DNA from: an uncultured Collinsella sp.
GTDB lineage: Bacteria; Actinomycetota; Coriobacteriia; Coriobacteriales; Coriobacteriaceae
Assembly (NCBI GenBank): GCA_937943045.1
Contig: CALEBN010000066.1
Span: 11,670 to 75,669, forward strand
Direction: 5' to 3'
Length of the DNA: 64,000 nt
The first letter of the stretch is position 1; each line of letters starts with the position of its first letter. Under the pieces are notes generated by a model. The model was given only the letters and a program-made list of their open reading frames with translations. It searched no databases and was not told the DNA's origin. Positions 36,782 to 46,359 of this stretch are shown one piece after another. The position numbers were made by a program, and so were the translations under genes.

Positions 36782-37111
36782 TTACTCGTCGACGATCTCG
36801 GCAAGCCAGACGTTCAACGTATCGACCTCGGGGCAGCAGAACTTTGCCGTACCGGGCTCGTTGCCAGGCACGGTTCCGCCGTAGCGCAGGATATCGATAT
36901 AGGGAAAGCCCACGTGGCAGGCCATGGCGCACATCTTGCCGCGGTCTCGGTCGAAGTCAAAGACGTCGCCCGGCTTATGACCATGGTGGCAGCGACACAC
37001 ACCCAGCTGATCCACGCAGCTCACGCGGATACGCGGACGCTTGCCCCGCGACGCGCCGAGCGGCTTGTCCCCGCCCGCGGGCTTGGCACCGCCCTCGCCA
37101 GCGTTACTCAT
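36782..37111 (-). CDS. small Cys-rich protein, TIGR04076-like
   Basis: 109 aa with a C..C.C....PGD.F....CAMACH..FPYI..LRYGG....CCP pattern. Overlaps the pdxK stop by 8 nt. The family assignment is from memory of the motif. Confidence 0.55.
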   Translation of the reverse strand: MSNAGEGGAKPAGGDKPLGASRGKRPRIRVSCVDQLGVCRCHHGHKPGDVFDFDRDRGKMCAMACHVGFPYIDILRYGGTVPGNEPGTAKFCCPEVDTLNVWLAEIVDE

Positions 37112-37928
37112 GGTCGATCACATCCAGGCAGGCCTCGATGGGAAGGCCGGCCGACTTGTCCTCTTGGTCGGCATTGCGCTCGATAAGCTCGGCCACCACA
37201 CGCATAGCGTCGGTCGTCGCACGTTGCAGGCTCCAGCCGGCCATAACGCGACCCACGAGCACCGACGAGAACGTATCGCCCGTGCCCGGGAAATACACCG
37301 GGATCAGCTCAAAGGGAATCGTAAAGTACTCTCCCGCCACATGGTCGTAGCCGATAACGGCACTCGCCCCGTCGACCTTTGCGCTCGTGATGACCACCGA
37401 CTTGGCGCCCAGCGCGAGCATGGCATCCACGAGCGCACGAGCCTCGTCGGCCGTAATCTGCTCGGCCATAGGCGTATCGGTGAGCAGACACGCCTCGGTA
37501 TAGTTGGGCACCGCGTAGTCGGCGCACTCGACCAGGCTGCGCATAAGGCCGATGGTCGACTCGGGCACGCCAGCGTAGAGCCTGCCGTTGTCGGCCATGA
37601 TGGGGTCGACGAACACTTTGGTGCCCTTTTGCGCGCGGCGGTGGCAAAAGTCCGAGATGATGCGCGCCTCTTCTTCGGTCACGATAAAGCCGGTCGAGAT
37701 GGCGTCGAATTCAAAGCCGAGTTCCTCCCAGATGGCGAGGCTCTGGCGGACATACTCCGTGGTGTCGTGGATGTAGAACTTGGGGTAGTTGAGCGTATCG
37801 GAAACGAGGGCCGTCGGCAGGTTGTGGATGCGATAGCCCATGTGCGACAGCACCGGCAGCATGGCAGAAAGCGCGACCTTGCCGTAGCCGCACATATCGT
37901 TGATCAGCAGCAGCTGAGTGTTCTTCAT
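37104..37928 (-). CDS. pdxK: pyridoxal/pyridoxine/pyridoxamine kinase (PfkB/ribokinase superfamily)
   Basis: From the ATG at 37928: MKNTQLLLINDMCGYGKVALSAMLPVLSHMG...VFVDPIMADNG...GTGDTFSS. Confidence 0.8.
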   Translation of the reverse strand: MKNTQLLLINDMCGYGKVALSAMLPVLSHMGYRIHNLPTALVSDTLNYPKFYIHDTTEYVRQSLAIWEELGFEFDAISTGFIVTEEEARIISDFCHRRAQKGTKVFVDPIMADNGRLYAGVPESTIGLMRSLVECADYAVPNYTEACLLTDTPMAEQITADEARALVDAMLALGAKSVVITSAKVDGASAVIGYDHVAGEYFTIPFELIPVYFPGTGDTFSSVLVGRVMAGWSLQRATTDAMRVVAELIERNADQEDKSAGLPIEACLDVIDHE

Positions 37929-38109
37929 GAGTGTCCCCCTTGGGTCGGGTGCGACGCGACGGCGCCACAGTGCGACTAAGTGTAGCGCAGGGGGCGTTGC
38001 AAGCGGGCGCAGGCGCCGAGGAGGGCACATTGTTGCGGAAAGGTTACGGAAATGGGAGGCAAAATCGCGGCGGTAGCGGCACGGTAGCTGCCATCTATTT
38101 ACTACCATT

Positions 38110-38265
38110 CCAAAACTATGCCGGATTACTACGATAAACCGCCAGTCTCCAACCACAACGAATTGCACTCCAGCAAAACCGCAGGTAGACAGCTTGTGAT
38201 TTTCCGAAAAACAATGCCGAGGTCTGAGATTTCGAATTCATCGTAGTAATCCGGCATAGTTTTGG
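38110..38265. repeat. family-2 element: 26-bp perfect inverted repeats closing a core with AAAACCGCAGGTAGAC
   Basis: CCAAAACTATGCCGGATTACTACGAT (38110-38135) is the exact reverse complement of 38240-38265. Core at 38175-38190. Confidence 0.85.
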
Positions 38266-38299
38266 GCAAAGCAACTTTGGAAGGGTGTCACCGCAGCCC

Positions 38300-38525
38300 A
38301 AAATGATCCCTTTTCCTCCGTCCCCAAGGGATCACATGCACCGAAGCGGACCGTGACGGAATCACAGATTTGAGGACGGACAGCGAAAGCGTTCCCAAGC
38401 GAACAAGGTAGCGTGAAAGAGGAGGGCATAGGCCTTGTGTCCATGCCCGACGATTGAACGCCAGATTGCCGCTTAGGAGCGTTTGCAGCGTCGAGCCGTT
38501 ACGCGGTTTGGCAAAACCGCATAAC
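38300..38525 (-). ncRNA. structured repeat element, family 1, copy C
   Basis: Shares GTGAAAG..GGGCAT-AGGCC-TTGT-GTCC-ATGCCC, TTGAACGCCAGATTGCC, TGCAGCGTCGAGCC, a terminal hairpin GCGGTTTGGCAAAACCGC and GATCCCTT..TTGGGGACG with copy A. Confidence 0.4.
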
Positions 38526-38624
38526 CACTAGTTTGGTACCTTGACATTCCTGTATGGCGCTCCTAAATTAGTTAGGCACAAAACAATTCCTCTACCTAAC
38601 TAAAGAAAGGAGCGAAGCTTAGAT

Positions 38625-39128
38625 ATGTGTGTTGAACCACTCGCCTATCCGCATGAACCCGGCGGCGACCCCTCACGGCCGGCAGACGAGCCCGAGACCC
38701 AATCCAAGGAGGACCGTCTCGCCAAGAGAATCCTCCATGGGCTGGGGTTTTGCGGCCATTACATGCATTTTCACGGCGGCGGCATATCTGGCAAAGCGCC
38801 CATCGTCTGCCTGCTCGCTAAGCAGCCCACCGGCGAGCTTTCCCAACAGGAACTCGGCATGCACTTCGACCTCAAGCCGGGGTCACTTTCCGAGATTCTG
38901 TCCAAGCTCGAAATGGGCGGTCTTATCGAGCGCAACCGCAATCCCAAAGACCGTCGGCAGCTCACCATCCGCCTGACCGAAGCGGGATGGGAAAAGGCCC
39001 GCGTTGAGCAGGCAGCCCGCATTCGCTTTAGAGAGCAGGCCTTTAGCGCGCTCACCCACGACGAGCGCGAGGACCTCGCCGAAATGCTCGAGAAAATCCG
39101 TGTAACCTGGGAGGAACTGGATGATTAA
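38625..39128 (+). CDS. MarR family transcriptional regulator
   Basis: 167 aa with a winged-helix core (LSQQELGMHFDLKPGSLSEILSKLEMGGLIERNRNPKDRRQLTIRLTEAG). Overlaps the downstream ABC gene start. Confidence 0.85.
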   Translation: MCVEPLAYPHEPGGDPSRPADEPETQSKEDRLAKRILHGLGFCGHYMHFHGGGISGKAPIVCLLAKQPTGELSQQELGMHFDLKPGSLSEILSKLEMGGLIERNRNPKDRRQLTIRLTEAGWEKARVEQAARIRFREQAFSALTHDEREDLAEMLEKIRVTWEELDD

Positions 39129-40935
39129 AACCCTCATGGGCAGCATCAGCGACTATATGAAAGTCACCGTTGCCACGCCGTTGCTCGTGCTTGGCGAGGT
39201 GCTCTGCGAGATGCTGATTCCATTTATCACCGCCAACCTGATCGATGCCATCAAAGACGGCGCCACCGTAGCCGAGATGCTTCCCACCGCAGGCTTTTTG
39301 GTGCTCATCGCACTGACGTCGCTTGCTTTTGGTGCCGCTGCCGGCGTCACCTGCAGCCATGCGAGCTGCGGCTTCGCCAAGAACCTGCGTCACGACCTGT
39401 TCTACAAGATCCAGACGTTCAGCTTTGCCAACATCGATGAGTTCTCGAGCTCCTCGCTCGTCACGCGCCTGACCACCGACATCAACAACGTTCAGCAGGC
39501 CTTTATGATGATCATCCGTATCGCCGTGCGCGCGCCGCTGGTCTTGATCTTCGCCTTTACCATGGCATTTATCATGGGCGGCAGCGTCGCCATGGTCTAC
39601 CTGATCATCATTCCGCTGCTGGGCTTTGGACTGTTCTTTATCATCTTTAAGGTGCGCCCCATCTTCTCGCGCGTGTTCCACAAGTACGACGCCCTTAACG
39701 AGTCCGTCGAGGAAAACGTCACCGGCATGCGCGTGGTCAAGAGCTACGTGCGCGAAGACTTTGAGAAGGAGAAGTTCGCGACCGCCGCACGCGACGTCCA
39801 GATGGACTTCACCCGCGCCGAGAAGCTGCTGGCCTTTAACAACCCCATGATGAACATCTGCGTCAACGGCGCATTTGTCGTCATCATCTACCTGGGCTCC
39901 AAGCTCATCATCACGAGCCAGGGCACGCTGTTCGACGTGGGCCAGCTCTCCTCGATCTTTACCTATGGCTTCCAGATCCTCATGAGCCTGATGCAGCTGT
40001 CGATGATCTTTGTCATGGTGACCATGGCCGACGAATCGGCACACCGCATTACCGAGGTGCTGGCCGCCGAGCCCACGATCGCCGATCCCGCCGAGCCCGT
40101 GCTCGAGGTCGCCGATGGCTCCATCGACTTTGACCACGTGAGCTTTAAGTATTCCGCGCATGCGAAGCGCCAGGCGCTCGACGACATCGACCTGCACATT
40201 AAGAGCGGCGAAACCATCGGCATCATCGGCGGCACCGGCTCGGCCAAGTCCACGCTCGTAAACCTCATCGCCCGCCTGTACGACGCCACCGAAGGCACCG
40301 TGCGCGTAGGCGGCATGGACGTGCGCGACTACGACCTGGACGCGCTGCGCCACCAGGTCGCCATGGTGCTGCAGAAAAACGTACTGTTTAGCGGCACCAT
40401 TGCCGAGAACCTGCGTTGGGGCGATCCGAATGCCACCGACGAGGAAGTCCGCGAGGCCGCGCATCTGGCCTGCGCCGATGAGTTTGTCGATGGCTTCCCC
40501 AAGGGCTATGACACCTGGATCGAGCAGGGCGGCTCCAATGTCTCGGGCGGTCAGAAGCAGCGCCTGTGCATTGCGCGTGCCCTGCTGCGTCGCCCCAAGA
40601 TCTTGATCCTGGACGACTCCACGAGCGCCGTCGACACCAAGACCGACGCCAAGATTCGCGCAGGGCTGGCAAGCTATCTGCCCAACACGACCAAGCTCAT
40701 CATCGCCCAGCGCATCAGCTCCGTGCAGGACGCAGACCGCATCATCGTCATGGAGGGCGGCCGTATCGCACAGATCGGCAACCATGACGAGCTACTCAAG
40801 ACGAGCGAGATCTACCGCGAGACCTTTACCTCGCAGAACAAGATGTCTGCCGAGGGCGAAGGGGCCGTCGAGGCCGACGCCGAGGCATCCGTAACGCAAG
40901 CCCAGACCCAGGAAGGAGGCGAGGCACATGAGTAA
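39121..40935 (+). CDS. ABC exporter, fused permease/ATPase (heterodimer partner 1)
   Basis: 604 aa. 6-TM domain, Walker A GGTGSAKST, signature VSGGQKQR, Walker B ILILDDSTSAVD. Confidence 0.9.
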   Translation: MIKTLMGSISDYMKVTVATPLLVLGEVLCEMLIPFITANLIDAIKDGATVAEMLPTAGFLVLIALTSLAFGAAAGVTCSHASCGFAKNLRHDLFYKIQTFSFANIDEFSSSSLVTRLTTDINNVQQAFMMIIRIAVRAPLVLIFAFTMAFIMGGSVAMVYLIIIPLLGFGLFFIIFKVRPIFSRVFHKYDALNESVEENVTGMRVVKSYVREDFEKEKFATAARDVQMDFTRAEKLLAFNNPMMNICVNGAFVVIIYLGSKLIITSQGTLFDVGQLSSIFTYGFQILMSLMQLSMIFVMVTMADESAHRITEVLAAEPTIADPAEPVLEVADGSIDFDHVSFKYSAHAKRQALDDIDLHIKSGETIGIIGGTGSAKSTLVNLIARLYDATEGTVRVGGMDVRDYDLDALRHQVAMVLQKNVLFSGTIAENLRWGDPNATDEEVREAAHLACADEFVDGFPKGYDTWIEQGGSNVSGGQKQRLCIARALLRRPKILILDDSTSAVDTKTDAKIRAGLASYLPNTTKLIIAQRISSVQDADRIIVMEGGRIAQIGNHDELLKTSEIYRETFTSQNKMSAEGEGAVEADAEASVTQAQTQEGGEAHE

Positions 40936-42847
40936 GGCAACGACCGCCGAGCGCGCGCTCAACCGCAAGGGCGGCACCATGTCGCGCCTCATCAAGACGC
41001 TCTTTGGCTTCTACCCCGTGCTTTTGCCCCTCGTCGTCGTCGGCGTGGTGCTCTGCGCCATCATCAACTCCATCGGCGCGACCTTCCTTCAGAGCGCCCT
41101 GCAGATTATTAGCGAATCGTGGCAGTCGGGCGATTGGGAAGCCGCACAGCCCAAGATCGCACAGCTTGTGACCACCCTCGCCTGCATCTACGGCGTCGGC
41201 ATCCTGTCTTCGCTCTTCTGGAACCGCGCCATGGCCATCGTCACGCAGGGCTCGCTCGAGAAGCTGCGCGAGAAGATGTTCAACCGTATGCAGGACCTGC
41301 CGATTCGCTACTTCGACACGCACCAGCGCGGCGACATCATGAGCCACTACACCAACGACATCGACACGCTGCGCCAGATGATCAGCCAGTCGCTGCCCAA
41401 CCTGCTCATGACGACCATCGTCATCGTCACGGTGTTCTTTATCATGCTGTACTACAGTGTGTGGATGTGCCTGGTCATTGTGGCCGGCGTCGTCTTTATG
41501 ACCTTTATGACCAAGCTGCTCGGCTCCAACTCCGCGCGCTTCTTCATTGCGCAGCAGACCGAACTCGGCGTGGTCGAGGGCCATATCGAGGAAGTCATGA
41601 ACGGCCAGAAGGTCGTCAAGGCATTCTGCCACGAGTCTGCCGCCGAGGCCGATTTTGACGAGCGCAACGAAAAGCTCTTCGAGGTCTCGCAGAAGGCCAA
41701 CATGTACGCCAACATCCTCATGCCTATCCTTATGAACCTGGGCAACCTGCTCTACGTGCTGGTCGCACTGGCAGGCGGCATTTTCCTGGCGCTGGGCGTG
41801 CCCAATCTGAGCATCTCGGGCATGGCGCTGTCCATCGCCGTCGTGGTGCCGTTCCTCAACATGACCAAGCAGTTCTGCGGACAGATCGGCCAGATCTCGC
41901 AGCAGATCAACGCCGTGGTCATGGGCCTCGCCGGCGCCGACCGCATCTTTGAGCTCATCGACGAGGAGCCCGAAGCCGACGAAGGTTACGTGACACTCGT
42001 CAACGCGCAGGTGAACCCCGAGACCTGGGAGTTCGAGGAGGCCGACCACCACACCGGCATGTGGGCATGGAAACATCCGCACCGCGCAACCGGCGAGATC
42101 GAGTACGTACCGCTGCGCGGCGACCTGGTCATGGACAACGTCGACTTTGGCTACACGCCCGACCACGAGGTGCTGCACGGCGTGTCCGTGTTTGCCAAGC
42201 CGGGTCAGAAGGTCGCATTTGTCGGCGCCACCGGTGCCGGTAAGACGACCATCACCAACCTCATCAACCGCTTCTATGACATCGCCGACGGCAAGATCCG
42301 CTACGACGGCATCAACGTCAACAAGATCCGCAAGGCCGATCTGCGCCGCTCGCTGGGCGTCGTGCTGCAGGACGTAAACCTGTTCACCGGCACCGTGATG
42401 GATAACATCCGCTACGGCAACCTGGATGCCACCGACGAGGAGTGCATCGCAGCGGCCAAGCTCGCCGGTGCGGACGACTTTATCACCCGCCTGCCCGACG
42501 GCTACGACACCATGCTCACCGGCAACGGCGCGCAGCTGTCGCAGGGCCAGCGCCAGCTGATTTCAATCGCACGTGCTGCCGTCGCCGATCCGCCGGCAAT
42601 GATTCTGGACGAGGCTACGAGCTCCATCGACACCCGCACCGAAGCCATCGTGCAGGCGGGCATGGACAAGCTCATGGAAGGCCGCACGACGTTTGTCATC
42701 GCACACCGCCTGTCCACCGTGCGCAACTCCGACGCGATCATCTGTCTTGATCACGGCCGCATCATCGAGCGCGGCAACCACGACGAGCTGATCGCCAAGC
42801 GCGGGTATTACTACCAGCTCTACACCGGAGCGTTTGAGCTGGAGTAG
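40928..42847 (+). CDS. ABC exporter, fused permease/ATPase (heterodimer partner 2)
   Basis: 639 aa. GATGAGKTT, LSQGQRQL, MILDEATSSID. Overlaps the upstream partner by 8 nt. Confidence 0.9.
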   Translation: MSKATTAERALNRKGGTMSRLIKTLFGFYPVLLPLVVVGVVLCAIINSIGATFLQSALQIISESWQSGDWEAAQPKIAQLVTTLACIYGVGILSSLFWNRAMAIVTQGSLEKLREKMFNRMQDLPIRYFDTHQRGDIMSHYTNDIDTLRQMISQSLPNLLMTTIVIVTVFFIMLYYSVWMCLVIVAGVVFMTFMTKLLGSNSARFFIAQQTELGVVEGHIEEVMNGQKVVKAFCHESAAEADFDERNEKLFEVSQKANMYANILMPILMNLGNLLYVLVALAGGIFLALGVPNLSISGMALSIAVVVPFLNMTKQFCGQIGQISQQINAVVMGLAGADRIFELIDEEPEADEGYVTLVNAQVNPETWEFEEADHHTGMWAWKHPHRATGEIEYVPLRGDLVMDNVDFGYTPDHEVLHGVSVFAKPGQKVAFVGATGAGKTTITNLINRFYDIADGKIRYDGINVNKIRKADLRRSLGVVLQDVNLFTGTVMDNIRYGNLDATDEECIAAAKLAGADDFITRLPDGYDTMLTGNGAQLSQGQRQLISIARAAVADPPAMILDEATSSIDTRTEAIVQAGMDKLMEGRTTFVIAHRLSTVRNSDAIICLDHGRIIERGNHDELIAKRGYYYQLYTGAFELE

Positions 42848-42928
42848 GACCGGTTACTGACGGAGGGCGCCCCGGGGGCGCCCTCCTGCGCGCGATCAGC
42901 CCGTCATTTAAAACGGAATAAAAGTTTG

Positions 42929-42963
42929 CGAGGCCCTAGCCGTTTGGCCAGGGCCTCGTTTTG
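42929..42963 (+). terminator. intrinsic terminator between the ABC operon and the convergent lysR-type gene
   Basis: CGAGGCCCT-N12-AGGGCCTCG followed by TTTTG. A second GC palindrome lies at 42862-42886. Confidence 0.6.
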
Positions 42964-42973
42964 TAAGGATGCA

Positions 42974-43885
42974 CTAGTTGAGGAGTTGGGCCATGGCGTT
43001 GACGAATTTTTGGACTTGGAGGGTGGGCTCGAGCGGGTAGTGCAGAAAGACTGGCACCTCGCGACCGCATAGGAACGGCACGCCCACAAAGGCAGGGTGC
43101 ACGCCCGACCACGCTCCGCAGGTGAGCACCGCGTCGCCCTTTTCCTCTGCATCGTTAAAGAGCGCAAAGTCAAAGCTATCCACATCGATCACGTCCACAC
43201 CGCCGTCGGCCAAAAGGTCGATACGTAGACTGTCCATGGCGTCGTTGCCGTGACGGAGCACGCGCAGGCGCATGCCCTCCAGGTCGGCAACCGTGATGCG
43301 CGTCTTGCGCGCCAGCGGGCTCGCGCGCGGCACGTCGATATAAACCGGCACGTTGACAATGCGGAGCTTTTGGCAGGCATCGCCCCAGCGTGGGGTCGAA
43401 AAACTCGACTGCACCACATCGACCTCGCGGCCCAAGCTGCGCATGACGGATTCGCGCTCGTCATAGAGGTCGCTTACCGGCACGATTTCAAAACGCAGCG
43501 ACGGTTCCAGATCGTGGATGCCCGACCACATCGACAGCGTTTGACGCCCCGGGCACATCATCGACACGCCCAGGCGCACGGCACCGCCGTCACCCGCCGC
43601 ACGTCGGGCACGGCGCAGGGCGTCCTCGGACTGGCGCATGATCGAGCGAGCGTCGTCCACCAGCAGAGCACCCGCCGGCGTCACCTTGACGCCCGAGTGC
43701 GAGCGCTCGAACAACGTGATGCCAAACTCGGCCTCGAAGCCCGACACCTGCTTGACGAGCGCCGGGGTCGACACGCGCAATTTTGCCGCCGCACGCGAGA
43801 AGCTTCCCAGCTCCGCGGCGGCCGATATGGCCTCAAGTCGTCGATCGTACACGTCAATCTCCCGTTTTCGCGCCCGTGACCGCAT
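42974..43885 (-). CDS. LysR family transcriptional regulator
   Basis: N-terminal HTH (LEAISAAAELGSFSRAAAKLRVSTPALVKQVSGFE) plus a substrate-binding domain. Divergent from the SDR/MFS/oxidoreductase genes. Confidence 0.85.
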   Translation of the reverse strand: MRSRARKREIDVYDRRLEAISAAAELGSFSRAAAKLRVSTPALVKQVSGFEAEFGITLFERSHSGVKVTPAGALLVDDARSIMRQSEDALRRARRAAGDGGAVRLGVSMMCPGRQTLSMWSGIHDLEPSLRFEIVPVSDLYDERESVMRSLGREVDVVQSSFSTPRWGDACQKLRIVNVPVYIDVPRASPLARKTRITVADLEGMRLRVLRHGNDAMDSLRIDLLADGGVDVIDVDSFDFALFNDAEEKGDAVLTCGAWSGVHPAFVGVPFLCGREVPVFLHYPLEPTLQVQKFVNAMAQLLN

Positions 43886-44085
43886 GGTGCCACAGGGGGT
43901 TATTTTCGCAGGTCACGCGCTCAATTGAGAACAAGCCTCAATGCACAGTGTAAACCTACGGTTAACGCCATTCTAACAATTATGCAATTCACCTGCGCAA
44001 ATGCAAAGCATACGATAACCTGCGAAAACCACGTGGGTCGATTAATGGGAGCGACCCACAGGGAGGCACAAGAAGGGAAGTTCCT

Positions 44086-44967
44086 ATGAGCAACTGGCTT
44101 AAGCTCGAGGGCGATGTTTGCGCCGTGACTGGCGCGCTCGGCGGTATGGGCGCCGAGATCTGCCGCGAGTTCGCCCGCAATGGCGCCAACGTCGTCCTGC
44201 TCGACCTGGACGAGGAGAAGGTCAAGACCGCTGCCGCCGACCTCGCTGCCGAGTTTGGCATCCACGCCGAGGGTTACAAGATGAACGCCACCGACGAGGC
44301 CGAGGTTCAGGCTGCCGTCGACGCCACCATCGCCGACTTCGGCCGCGTCGACGTCCTCGTCAACACCGCCGGCATCCTGCGTTTCGCCGCCATGGAGGAC
44401 CTGCCGCTGAGCGACTGGGAGCAGGTGCTCAACGTCAACCTCACCGGCTACTTCATCACCTCACAGCGCTTTGGTCGCGAGATGATCAAGGCCGGCCAGG
44501 GCCGCCTGGTGCACATCTCGACCGTCGCCAGCCACTCCCCCGAGACGTTCTCGGGCGTGTACAGCTCCACCAAGGCCGGCGTCAACATGATGTCCAAGAT
44601 GCTCGCCGCCGAGTGGGGCCCCTACGGCGTCCGCTCCAACTGCGTCGAGCCTTGCTTCGTTAAGACCCCGATGTCGGCCAACTTCTACGCCGACCCCGAG
44701 GTCGAAAAGAGCCGCAGCCGCCTGATCGCCACGCGCCGCATCGGCGAAGTCAGCGATATCGCCAACGCCGTCATGTTCCTGGCATCCAAGCGCTCGGACT
44801 TTACCACCGGCGACGCCATCAAGGTCGACGGCGGCTTCTCCAACATGATGGGCGACCTCACCGCCAAGCCCGGCGGCCGTCGCGCCTATGCCGACAACTA
44901 CCTTAAGAACAAGGGTGTCGAGCTCTGGTCCGATGAGTCCGGCGTCGCCAAGCCGACTGACCAGTAA
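44086..44967 (+). CDS. SDR family oxidoreductase
   Basis: TGALGGMG (TGxxxGxG), NTAG and YSSTKAG (YxxxK) motifs. 293 aa. Confidence 0.88.
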   Translation: MSNWLKLEGDVCAVTGALGGMGAEICREFARNGANVVLLDLDEEKVKTAAADLAAEFGIHAEGYKMNATDEAEVQAAVDATIADFGRVDVLVNTAGILRFAAMEDLPLSDWEQVLNVNLTGYFITSQRFGREMIKAGQGRLVHISTVASHSPETFSGVYSSTKAGVNMMSKMLAAEWGPYGVRSNCVEPCFVKTPMSANFYADPEVEKSRSRLIATRRIGEVSDIANAVMFLASKRSDFTTGDAIKVDGGFSNMMGDLTAKPGGRRAYADNYLKNKGVELWSDESGVAKPTDQ

Positions 44968-45033
44968 ACCAACCTGACAGAGAGGCCCCGCGGACACGCC
45001 CGCTCCTCCCCCGTATTGATTAGAAAGAGTCCA

Positions 45034-46290
45034 ATGGCTTCCACCAACTCCAACAAGGGTCGCGCCGTCGTGCTTTCCGCCGCGTGCGTCACCATGTTCT
45101 TCATCAGCTCCATCGCGCTGTATTCCGTCGTGAGCAAGAACCTGCTCGCCGTCTACCCCGAGTGGTCCAGCGCCCTTACCTGGGCGTTCCCGGTCTTTCA
45201 GACCATCATGGCCGTGACGGGCATCTTCGCCGGCCGCATCTCCGACAAGATCGGTCCGCGCAACGTCGTGATCGCCGCCGCCGTGTGCTACGGCCTGGGC
45301 TGGTTCATGTCCGGCACCGTCACCGAGCCGTGGCAGTTCTACCTGTGGTTCTCGCTCGTCGCCGCCATCGGCAACGGCCTGGGCTACAACCCGGCGCTCA
45401 CCACCGGCCAAAAGTGGTTCATCGACAAGAAGGGTCTCGCCTCCGGCATCACTCTGGCCGCTTCGACCGCCGGCCCCGCCGTGCTGTCCCCGGTGCTCGC
45501 CTCGCTGCTCATCCCGAGCCTGGGCATCTTCGGCGCCCTTAAGGCGCTCGGCGTCATCTTCTTTGTGACGATCGCCGCCTCCGCCCTGTTCCTGAAGGCC
45601 CCCGAGGCCGGTTGGCTGCCCGAGGGCTTCGAGGCCCCCAAGGGCGGCGCGCACGCCGGCACCTTCGGTGACCTCACCCCGGGCGAGATGGTCAAGACCC
45701 CGCGCTTCTGGGTCCTCATCGTCACCTTCGCCTTTGCCGCCACCGCGGGCACCCTGCTCGTGGGCAAGGTTGCCTCCATCGCCGCCGTCCAGCTCTTCGC
45801 CGACCCCACGAGCGCCGCGGCCGTCGCCCTCGGCGGTGTGGTGGTCTCCGTCAACACCTGCGCCAACTTGGTTGGCCGCCTGTCCTTTGGCCAGATCATC
45901 GACAAGCTCGGCGCCTATAAGTCGCTGCTCATCAGCCTTGTCGTCACCATCATCGCACTCGTCATCATGTCGATGAGCTTTACGCAGAGCATGTTCTTTG
46001 TGGCGCTCGCCCTGCTCGGCTTTAGCTTTGGCGCTTTGCTCGTCATCTACCCACCGCTCACCGGTGGCGCCTTTGGCACCAGCAACATCGGCGTCAACTA
46101 CGGCATCATGTTTTTGGGTTATGCCGCTTCCACCTGGATCAGCCAGCCCATCACCGCCGTGCTGTATCACGCCGAGGCCGGCAGCGCCGCCTACCAGCAG
46201 TCCTTCTACGGCGCCATTGTGATCGCCGCCATCGCTGTCGTGCTCACCGTCTACATGATGGTCTCCGACAGCAAGAAGAAGTCCGCCTAG
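45034..46290 (+). CDS. MFS transporter (oxalate/formate antiporter-like subfamily)
   Basis: 12 predicted TM helices. GRISDKIGPRN loop motif. Start set at the ATG at 45034. Confidence 0.8.
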   Translation: MASTNSNKGRAVVLSAACVTMFFISSIALYSVVSKNLLAVYPEWSSALTWAFPVFQTIMAVTGIFAGRISDKIGPRNVVIAAAVCYGLGWFMSGTVTEPWQFYLWFSLVAAIGNGLGYNPALTTGQKWFIDKKGLASGITLAASTAGPAVLSPVLASLLIPSLGIFGALKALGVIFFVTIAASALFLKAPEAGWLPEGFEAPKGGAHAGTFGDLTPGEMVKTPRFWVLIVTFAFAATAGTLLVGKVASIAAVQLFADPTSAAAVALGGVVVSVNTCANLVGRLSFGQIIDKLGAYKSLLISLVVTIIALVIMSMSFTQSMFFVALALLGFSFGALLVIYPPLTGGAFGTSNIGVNYGIMFLGYAASTWISQPITAVLYHAEAGSAAYQQSFYGAIVIAAIAVVLTVYMMVSDSKKKSA

Positions 46291-46298
46291 TTTTACCG

Positions 46299-46329
46299 AT
46301 GCGACAAAGGAACAGCCCCTTTGTCGCAT
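46299..46329. repeat. GACAAAGGG palindromic hairpin, copy B
   Basis: ATGCGACAAAGG-AACAGCC-CCTTTGTCGCAT, 9 nt after the MFS stop. Confidence 0.85.
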
Positions 46330-46359
46330 TCCACCGGTCACCAGTATTAAGGAGTCGAA

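Noticed and set aside
38116-38444. Small minus-strand ORFs at 38116-38301 and 38238-38444
   Set aside because: They run through the perfect inverted repeats and the family-1/2 elements. There are no start-site signals, and homologous element copies do not conserve the frames.
39052-42178. Minus-strand ORFs at 39052-40785 and 40826-42178, opposite the ABC exporter genes
   Set aside because: These are shadow ORFs. The plus-strand genes have complete TMD-NBD architecture.
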